Source of the DNA: a virus
Virus record (IMG/VR): IMGVR_UViG_3300042691_026427
Location: 1-64,000 of that record
Strand: one strand, 5' to 3'
Length of the DNA stretch: 64,000 bases
Part shown: in pieces, positions 1-5,153 of the stretch
Layout: every line of letters starts with the position of its first letter
Numbering within the stretch: position 1 is the stretch's first letter
Translations under genes and position numbers: made by a program
Notes under the pieces: generated by a model
Told to the model about the DNA's origin: nothing
The model's input: only the letters and a program-made list of their open reading frames with translations
The model's database searches: none

Positions 1-35
1 TGCCATCCAGGACCATACGGGGGTCTAGGATGACA

Positions 36-56
36 CTAGAGTTTACCTCGTTTCAT
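36..56 (-). other. 6-codon uORF MKRGKL-amber followed by a hairpin (1-35)
   Basis: AGAGG SD-like site upstream; ATG AAA CGA GGT AAA CTC TAG; then UGUCAUCC/GGAUGGCA and GACC/GGUC stems. Confidence 0.45.
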
Positions 57-84
57 GTCATTACCTCTTTGTGTTTAAGTTTTT

Positions 85-113
85 ATTATACAACCTTTTG
101 CAGTAGTTGTCAA
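85..113 (-). promoter_or_regulatory. sigma70-type promoter
   Basis: TTGACA-17 nt-TATAAT on the minus strand. Confidence 0.85.
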
Positions 114-121
114 CTGTTTTT

Positions 122-196
122 TGGTACCGGATGCGAGATTCGAACTTGCGACCAACGCCTTATCAAGGCGCTGCTCTACCACTGAGCTAACCCGGT
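122..196 (-). tRNA. tRNA-Ile(GAT)
   Basis: cloverleaf, loop TT-GAT-AA, GTTCGAATC T-loop, CCA. Confidence 0.95.
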
Positions 197-205
197 ATTC
201 AATCT

Positions 206-280
206 TGGCGCCCACATATGGAATCGAACCACAATCCCCGGTTTCGTAGACCAGTGTATTATCCATTATACTATGCGGGC
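206..280 (-). tRNA. tRNA-Arg(ACG)
   Basis: cloverleaf, CT-ACG-AA, CCA. Confidence 0.95.
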
Positions 281-287
281 AAAATCT

Positions 288-362
288 TGGTGGAAGCCGA
301 GGGAATCGAACCCTTCTAGTCAGCAACCTTGCAAGGGTTACCCGTAGCCCACTACTGCTCCC
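288..362 (-). tRNA. atypical tRNA-Ala(TGC) with minimal D arm
   Basis: CT-TGC-AA loop, G3:U70, T-loop, CCA; D arm only GUAG-UGGG-CUAC. Confidence 0.75.
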
Positions 363-470
363 AATTAAGAAACACACTACATCCAGCGAACCCATCTGCT
401 GGCTTAGTTATTAATCGCTACAGGATAACCGGAATCCTTCGCTGAGGCGTCAGTAATGTGTTTGTTAATT
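363..470 (-). ncRNA. unannotated structured RNA in the tRNA array
   Basis: ends pair over ~18 nt (AAUUAACAAACACAUUAC / GUAGUGUGUUUCUUAAUU); internal CCAGC/GCUGG hairpin. Confidence 0.55.
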
Positions 471-548
471 GGCTCCGTGTGTGAGGATCGAACTCACCTA
501 ATCACTGATTAACAGTCAGGTCCTTGCACCATGCTTGGATTTCACGGA
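470..548 (-). tRNA. tRNA-Asn(GTT)
   Basis: CT-GTT-AA, T-loop, CCA. Confidence 0.9.
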
Positions 549-557
549 ATAGAAAAT

Positions 558-633
558 TGGCGCCACAGACGGGAATCGAACCCGCCTAAATCGGATAGAC
601 AATCCGGTGCCCTACCCAGAGGACTACTGTGGC
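558..633 (-). tRNA. tRNA-Asp(GTC)
   Basis: TT-GTC-TA loop, T-loop, CCA. Confidence 0.9.
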
Positions 634-641
634 ATTAAACT

Positions 642-717
642 TGGCGCCCCGTAGGGGTTTCGATCCCCTTACCTCAGCAGTGACAGTGCTGTGCTCTCCC
701 GATTGAGCTAACGGAGC
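642..717 (-). tRNA. tRNA-Asp(GTC)
   Basis: CT-GTC-AC, CCA. Confidence 0.92.
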
Positions 718-721
718 ATGA

Positions 722-775
722 ATTACGAGCTTGTAGACTAAACTACAATTTACCGGTTTCTAGACGAACTCATAA
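722..775 (-). ncRNA. small structured RNA in the tRNA array
   Basis: closing stem UUAUGAGU/GCUCGUAA; inner UUGUAG/CUACAA hairpin. Confidence 0.45.
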
Positions 776-778
776 ACT

Positions 779-865
779 TGGTGGAGACAACTGGAGTCGA
801 ACCAGTAGTGCCTTTCGGGCGGAAGATTTACAGTCTCCTGGGGTTACCAATTTTCCTACATCTCC
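779..865 (-). tRNA. tRNA-Tyr(GTA)
   Basis: CT-GTA-AA, long variable arm, CCA. Confidence 0.95.
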
Positions 866-867
866 AA

Positions 868-948
868 ATGAAACATGCTAAAAGGGATCTAGTCCACCAT
901 TGGCACTAAGTGCAGGGGGCAGGCTAAAAGGGATCTAACACATTTCAT
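868..948 (-). ncRNA. rod-like RNA with a symmetric internal loop
   Basis: 15-nt direct repeat GCTAAAAGGGATCTA (877-891, 923-937) inside a ~13-bp closing stem. Confidence 0.6.
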
Positions 949-953
949 AAACT

Positions 954-1028
954 TGGTACTCCGAACGGGTATCGATCCCGCTTCTCCAACTTGAAAGGCT
1001 GGTGTCCTAGCCACTAGACGACCGGAGT
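954..1028 (-). tRNA. tRNA-Glu(TTC)
   Basis: CT-TTC-AA, CCA. Confidence 0.93.
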
Positions 1029-1032
1029 AAAA

Positions 1033-1144
1033 TTCTTATACAACTGCACACTCACAGGAGTCGAACCTGCCTACCCAGGACTTGCCCGAGCTGTAATCCG
1101 CTACATTAGCGTGGCCTACGCCTTTATGTGCATGTGTATAAGAA
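1033..1144 (-). ncRNA. tRNA-like RNA with a T arm and extended closing stem, no CCA
   Basis: GCAGG-UUCGACU-CCUGU T arm; UUCUUAUACA/UGUAUAAGAA and UGCACAU/GUGUGCA stems. Confidence 0.6.
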
Positions 1145-1160
1145 CTTCTTATACAATAAA

Positions 1161-1190
1161 TTTTTAAAGAACAGTGTTAATTTCTTAACA
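1161..1190 (-). promoter_or_regulatory. rrn-like boxB-boxA antitermination signal
   Basis: UGUUAA-GAAA-UUAACA hairpin followed by UGUUCUUUAAAAA just downstream of a promoter. Confidence 0.7.
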
Positions 1191-1197
1191 TGTGTAT

Positions 1198-1226
1198 ATT
1201 GTAACATGGTTTTGCCACTTTGTCAA
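1198..1226 (-). promoter_or_regulatory. internal sigma70 promoter of the tRNA array
   Basis: TTGACA-17 nt-TACAAT. Confidence 0.85.
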
Positions 1227-1268
1227 TAGTCTTTGCAACTATTTTTTGTTGTATTTTTACAACAATTT

Positions 1269-1353
1269 TGGTGCCTTTGACTGGACTCGAACCAGCACGC
1301 CTTTCGGCACAGCGACCTCAACGCTGCGTGTCTACCAATTCCACCACAAAGGC
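1269..1353 (-). tRNA. tRNA-Leu(GAG)
   Basis: TT-GAG-GT, long variable arm, CCA. Confidence 0.95.
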
Positions 1354-1363
1354 TTTTTATATT

Positions 1364-1440
1364 TGGTACCCCGTGTCTGATTCGAACAGACAACCAACTC
1401 CTTTTGAGAGAATCCGCACTACCAATTAGCGTAACGGGGC
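1364..1440 (-). tRNA. tRNA-Leu(CAA), short variable loop
   Basis: CT-CAA-AA, 5-nt variable loop, A73, CCA. Confidence 0.85.
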
Positions 1441-1449
1441 ATTTAATTT

Positions 1450-1527
1450 TGGTGCGGTGAACGGGATTCGAACCCGTACTGTACAGATTTTAAGTCTGTT
1501 GCCTCCTACCTATTGCGCTACCACCGC
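1450..1527 (-). tRNA. tRNA-Leu(TAA), short variable loop
   Basis: CT-TAA-AA, 5-nt variable loop, A73, CCA. Confidence 0.88.
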
Positions 1528-1536
1528 GATGTAAAA

Positions 1537-1650
1537 CAGGATACCTTTTTCGATGGCGTGTAAGCCATTGCTCTACCATTGAGCGATCTACGCAAAAGCG
1601 TGGAGTTGGAATCGAACCAACGTGTCGTTAGACATTGCTGTATGTATCCT
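1537..1650 (-). ncRNA. YrlA-like circularly permuted tRNA mimic (CAGCA-motif RNA A)
   Basis: AGGAUAC/GUAUCCU closing stem + CAGCA; T arm, loop-closed acceptor stem, D arm, anticodon-like arm in permuted order. Confidence 0.8.
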
Positions 1651-1658
1651 AAAACTTG

Positions 1659-1734
1659 TGGTGCCATAGACTGGACTCGAACCAGTAACACACGAATTTT
1701 CAGTCCGCTGCTCTACCATTGGAGCTACTATGAC
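1659..1734 (-). tRNA. tRNA-Phe(GAA)
   Basis: CT-GAA-AA, CCA. Confidence 0.95.
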
Positions 1735-1745
1735 ATAAACTTATT

Positions 1746-1819
1746 AGGGGTGACTATCGGGATTTGAACCCGAACTACCAGAGTCACAGTCTAGGTTGCT
1801 ACCATTACAACATAGCCAC
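1746..1819 (-). tRNA. tRNA-His(GTG)
   Basis: CT-GTG-AC, G-1; 3' end CCT (CCA not fully encoded); flanks pair (ACTTATTAGG/CCTAATAAGT). Confidence 0.9.
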
Positions 1820-1837
1820 ACCTAATAAGTCTAAAAT

Positions 1838-1911
1838 TGGCAGGGGTAGTAGGGATCGAACCTACACTCTCAGAGTCAAAGTCTGATATGCTACCATTAC
1901 ATAATACCCCA
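1838..1911 (-). tRNA. tRNA-Gln(TTG)
   Basis: CT-TTG-AC, U1:A72, CCA. Confidence 0.95.
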
Positions 1912-1920
1912 ACAAAATAA

Positions 1921-1976
1921 CAGGATGCTTATTTTTCAATTAAAAGTTGAATTTTAAAAATTGCTGAACGCATCCT
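1921..1976 (-). ncRNA. CAGCA-motif RNA B carrying a Lys(UUU) anticodon stem-loop
   Basis: AGGAUGC/GCAUCCU-G stem, GUU-CAGCAA, inner UUCAA-CUUUUAA-UUGAA. Confidence 0.75.
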
Positions 1977-1981
1977 AAAAC

Positions 1982-2057
1982 TGGTACATCGTGTAGGGAT
2001 TGAACCTACGACCTACGCCGTGTAAAGACGCCGCTACTACCGCTGAGCTAACGATGC
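1982..2057 (-). tRNA. tRNA-Val(TAC)
   Basis: TT-TAC-AC, CCA. Confidence 0.95.
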
Positions 2058-2063
2058 ATAAAT

Positions 2064-2139
2064 TGGTCTCCGTACTAGGATTCGAACCTAGACCTTACCG
2101 CCCCAAACGGCAAGTGCAACCTGATAACACTTTACAGAG
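2064..2139 (-). tRNA. tRNA-Pro(TGG)
   Basis: TT-TGG-GG, C1:G72, CCA. Confidence 0.93.
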
Positions 2140-2146
2140 ATGAAAT

Positions 2147-2220
2147 TGGCGTACCTCCAAGGACTCGAACCTTGACTGACGGTTTTGGAGACCGCGATGC
2201 TGCCATTACACTAGAGATAC
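2147..2220 (-). tRNA. tRNA-Trp(CCA)
   Basis: CT-CCA-AA, CCA end. Confidence 0.95.
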
Positions 2221-2229
2221 ATTATTAAA

Positions 2230-2283
2230 CAGGCTTCGCTTTTTTTCATTTACAGTGAAATTTAAATTTGCTGAAAGAAGCCT
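2230..2283 (-). ncRNA. CAGCA-motif RNA C carrying a Tyr(GUA) anticodon stem-loop
   Basis: AGGCUUC/GAAGCCU-G stem, UUU-CAGCAA, inner UUUCA-CUGUAAA-UGAAA. Confidence 0.75.
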
Positions 2284-2289
2284 AAAACT

Positions 2290-2375
2290 TGGAGGATAGA
2301 ATCAGAATCGAACTGATACCCATTTCTGAGTAGATCGGTTTAGCAAACCAACTTGTGCCCAGCACACTACTATCC
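2290..2375 (-). tRNA. tRNA-Ser(GCT), atypical D arm
   Basis: TT-GCT-AA, long variable arm, CCA; compact D region. Confidence 0.8.
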
Positions 2376-2382
2376 ATAAAAT

Positions 2383-2456
2383 TGGTGCCCCATGACAGAA
2401 TCGAACTGCCGTAACCTGATTACAAAACAGGTGTAATACCATTATACTAATAGGGC
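2383..2456 (-). tRNA. tRNA-Thr(TGT)
   Basis: TT-TGT-AA, CCA. Confidence 0.95.
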
Positions 2457-2461
2457 AAAAT

Positions 2462-2536
2462 TGGCTCCTCAGACTGGGATCGAACCAATGACCGATCGGT
2501 TAACAGCCGATTGCTCTACCGCTGAGCTACTGAGGA
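2462..2536 (-). tRNA. tRNA-Asn(GTT)
   Basis: CT-GTT-AA, canonical arms, CCA. Confidence 0.96.
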
Positions 2537-2544
2537 ATAAAACT

Positions 2545-2622
2545 TGGAGTAGCGGGTGAGATTTGAACTCACGGTTTTACGGATTTGCAATCCATTGCAT
2601 TGGGCCTCTCTGCCACCGCTAC
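2545..2622 (-). tRNA. tRNA-Cys(GCA)
   Basis: TT-GCA-AA, U73, CCA. Confidence 0.95.
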
Positions 2623-2631
2623 ATAAAAACT

Positions 2632-2705
2632 TGGTAGCCAGTCCACGAATTGAACGTGAAATTTCCGCTTATCAGGCGAATGTTATTCCATTTAACTAAC
2701 CGGCC
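2632..2705 (-). tRNA. tRNA-Ile(GAT)
   Basis: CT-GAT-AA, CCA. Confidence 0.9.
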
Positions 2706-2714
2706 AGTTATTTC

Positions 2715-3116
2715 TTACCACTCTGCGTATTCACTTATCATACGAGAGTTTGTATCTTGTCTTTTAGTAGATTCTACACAACGAAGTTTAACTTCTTTCA
2801 CATCACATATTGCTGTAATAGGAATAAGATATACTTTATCTAATTCGTTTACATAAACTGCTAAACAATCAATGTTACTTTCGTTGTAAGAAACTCTATT
2901 AGTGAATGTGTTTTGCGATAGTTTGATTGTAACTACACCGTTACTTTCCAACGATCTAAACTTAACTTGAACTCTTAAAAGTGTCCCATCATGTTTATCT
3001 AACACATAATCATAAGGACAACCTTGAGGCATCTTGCCAGTCCAGTACCCTCGTTTAGCAGAAGCAAGCACAAATGCTGCTTCTCCTATTTCACCTTTTT
3101 CATTTGATATACTCAT
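2715..3116 (-). CDS. free-standing PD-(D/E)XK homing-type endonuclease (I-Ssp6803I/PDDEXK_5-like)
   Basis: KGEIGE...PYDYV...RVQVK motif; AGGAG SD before the ATG at 3116. Confidence 0.8.
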   Translation of the reverse strand: MSISNEKGEIGEAAFVLASAKRGYWTGKMPQGCPYDYVLDKHDGTLLRVQVKFRSLESNGVVTIKLSQNTFTNRVSYNESNIDCLAVYVNELDKVYLIPITAICDVKEVKLRCVESTKRQDTNSRMISEYAEW

Positions 3117-3172
3117 AGTGTTTCTCCTATGAGTAGTTATAACACTCGCCAGGAAAGCGGGCGATAATAAAA

Positions 3173-3237
3173 CAGGATACTTTGTGTCGCTAGACAACCA
3201 AAAAGTTTAGCTAATTTGAATTTGCAGAACGTATCCT
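3173..3237 (-). ncRNA. CAGCA-motif RNA D (CUGCA variant)
   Basis: AGGAUAC/GUAUCCU-G stem, GUU-CUGCAA. Confidence 0.65.
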
Positions 3238-3244
3238 AAAACTA

Positions 3245-3319
3245 TGGTGGACCGTCGGGGGATCGAACCCCGACCTGAGACGTGCAAAGCCCCCGTGCTC
3301 CCATTATCACTAACAGCCC
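3245..3319 (-). tRNA. tRNA-Ala(TGC)
   Basis: TT-TGC-AC, G3:U70, CCA. Confidence 0.95.
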
Positions 3320-3324
3320 ATAAT

Positions 3325-3411
3325 TGGTGGAGTGTGATGGAATCGAACCACTTGGCGCCACCCTACTTGTTAGGCCTACCGGGTTACAGCCGGCAATAGG
3401 GAACACACTCC
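3325..3411 (-). tRNA. D-armless tRNA-Tyr(GTA)-like RNA
   Basis: acceptor GGAGUGU/ACACUCC-A-CCA, CU-GUA-AC loop, T loop; no D hairpin. Confidence 0.7.
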
Positions 3412-3417
3412 AATTTG

Positions 3418-3620
3418 TTAACACTCTCTTGTGAAAGTGCTTATTAAAACAAACTGTTACGCTATGCGTCCTGTTCTGAGTCAGAGTCAGCAGGTACCAA
3501 TTTGCTTTAATAACTAGTATTTTTTTATCTACAAGAAGATAAGCCATCCACTAGTCCGCCCGTTTACGACATGTTTTAAGTGCGTCGCCCGGGCCTCGTT
3601 CCCGTACTTTATTACACTTT
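3418..3620 (-). ncRNA. structured non-coding block including a long hairpin tipped by a Gln(CUG)-like anticodon loop
   Basis: 16-bp stem 3441-3456/3498-3513 enclosing CUGA-CUCUGAC-UCAG; GCCCG/CGGGC and ACUAGU/ACUAGU helices. Confidence 0.55.
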
Positions 3621-3625
3621 GCGTC

Positions 3626-3787
3626 CTACAACTGCTCTTGAGCAATCTCACGCTTTCTAACGGCTTTGCTGTACACTTGGGCACGTTCCATCTTTTCTAA
3701 GATCATCTTACGAAGATCTTCTTTGGATAGAGTATACTTTTGTGTAAACTCAGCTTCTCGTTGTTTCTTTTTATCTGTTTCTATCAT
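3626..3787 (-). CDS. 53-aa charged helical protein (MIETDKKKQREAEF...), first gene after the attenuator
   Basis: open frame ATG 3787 to TAG 3626; below the ORF-track size cutoff. Confidence 0.55.
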   Translation of the reverse strand: MIETDKKKQREAEFTQKYTLSKEDLRKMILEKMERAQVYSKAVRKREIAQEQL

Positions 3788-3801
3788 TTTTCCGTTCTAA
3801 A

Positions 3802-3835
3802 AACAAAAAACCCCAGGGTTTTTAATCCTAGGGTC
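3802..3835 (-). terminator. intrinsic terminator (attenuator) upstream of the tRNA array
   Basis: GACCCUAGG/CCUGGGGUU stem + U tract. Confidence 0.85.
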
Positions 3836-3861
3836 CTTTGGAGTTGTTGTGTACTTTTGTG

Positions 3862-4011
3862 TTACACTACGGTCTCCTGGGACCCCGGGTAAATCTCTGG
3901 TGTGCGATCATATGACAGACTACCACACTCGATAGATAACCAATTGGAGGCTATGACGCCTGCCTGTTTGGGCATCGTATTAAATTGTTGATGTCTGTTA
4001 AACGATTGCAT
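3862..4011 (-). CDS. 49-aa putative leader peptide containing all 20 amino acids
   Basis: MQSFNRHQQFNTMPKQAGVIASNWLSIECGSLSYDRTPEIYPGSQETVV; its 3' end overlaps the antiterminator arm; SD weak. Confidence 0.65.
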   Translation of the reverse strand: MQSFNRHQQFNTMPKQAGVIASNWLSIECGSLSYDRTPEIYPGSQETVV

Positions 4012-4070
4012 TTTGTTTTCTTTTAAAAACCTTTGTTTACATAGATAGCACCATTGCTGCCTATGTGTTA

Positions 4071-4276
4071 ATTATACATTTATTTAGTCTCGTTGTCAAC
4101 CACTATTTGTCTTTTTGAACAAAAAGTTTTTAACAACTTTCCTAACTTGTCTCTATTGTACAGTTATTTAGTCTCGGTGTCAACCTTTTTTTATTCTGTT
4201 GAACAAAAAGTTTTTTGTTAACTGCGAAACTTCCAAACCATGTGTCTATTGTATGATCATTCATCTTCTTTGTCAA
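4071..4276 (-). promoter_or_regulatory. three tandem sigma70 promoters (4071-4099, 4155-4183, 4248-4276)
   Basis: TTGACA-17-TATAAT, TTGACA-17-TACAAT, TTGACA-17-TACAAT; repeated flanks. Confidence 0.9.
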
Positions 4277-4347
4277 CCACTATTTTACGCTGTCACAAAA
4301 AGTAGTTAGCACAGTAGAGTAAATTAAATACTACTATTACTTATATT

Positions 4348-5145
4348 ATGAAAAATCAAAACTTTGTTACTATCGGATCGTTCGGCGATACATTATACAG
4401 TCTATGTGTTGCAAAAATTTTAGGTGGGGGCAACATGTATGTCAAATTGGGAGGCATGGACGAACTGGTCAGAACACTGTTCGGAAGAGAACCAGAGGGA
4501 TTTCACAAGGGCCGTTACAATCAACAAGACTACGATCTTATTGCTCCGCTGCTCAAAGCTCAAGACTATCTATCAGATGTTGCTATTTGGACCGGGCAAG
4601 AAAATCATTTCGAATCGTTAAATGACCATTGGAAATTTCACTTACCCCGAGGTTGGCAAGGTAACCAAACAGAATGTTACGCATTAACACAAGGTATGGA
4701 CATATATGAGCCTGTATTGAGTAAAAAACTATTGCTAGAGCCTTGGCTTACCCCAGTAAAACCTGTTAAAATAAAAGATAAGCCCATTGTAATCAACAGA
4801 ACACCTCGCTATCTTTATGGCTGCGATGGTGCTCAGTGGACTACATGGGTAGGCCAAGGTCTAGAAGACTATGCTGTTTTTGTAGGAACAGAACAAGAAC
4901 ATAGTGATTTTCAGAAGCAATTTAACGTCAAAGTAGAGTATAAGCCAGTTAACGATCTGTTAGAGATGGCTCAAATTATACAAGGATGTGAACAGTTTAT
5001 GGGTAATCAAAGTGTTGCGTTGTCTATTGCTATAGGGTTAGGGAAAACATTTTGGTGCGAAACAAGAAAAGATTTTCACCTAACTAAAACTCCGCATGGT
5101 TGGGGGGACGTTTGGTTCCCAAGAGTTAACGGCCACTATTTTTAA
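4348..5145 (+). CDS. glycosyltransferase, GT9/heptosyltransferase-like
   Basis: GSFGD N-terminal motif; LLEMAQIIQGCEQFMGNQS. Confidence 0.6.
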   Translation: MKNQNFVTIGSFGDTLYSLCVAKILGGGNMYVKLGGMDELVRTLFGREPEGFHKGRYNQQDYDLIAPLLKAQDYLSDVAIWTGQENHFESLNDHWKFHLPRGWQGNQTECYALTQGMDIYEPVLSKKLLLEPWLTPVKPVKIKDKPIVINRTPRYLYGCDGAQWTTWVGQGLEDYAVFVGTEQEHSDFQKQFNVKVEYKPVNDLLEMAQIIQGCEQFMGNQSVALSIAIGLGKTFWCETRKDFHLTKTPHGWGDVWFPRVNGHYF

Positions 5146-5153
5146 GGAATGAT

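Noticed and set aside
1537-3237. Recurring CAGG...TGCTG...CCTAAAAC units as a CRISPR array
   Set aside because: Copies are dispersed, vary by compensatory changes and have no regular spacers; there is no cas operon, and 52107 is a typical phage exonuclease.
75-3547. ORF-track ORFs at 75-395, 1192-1429, 1579-1767, 2650-2856 and 3242-3547
   Set aside because: They overlap tRNA/ncRNA genes or are antisense to the endonuclease; no SD or protein motifs.
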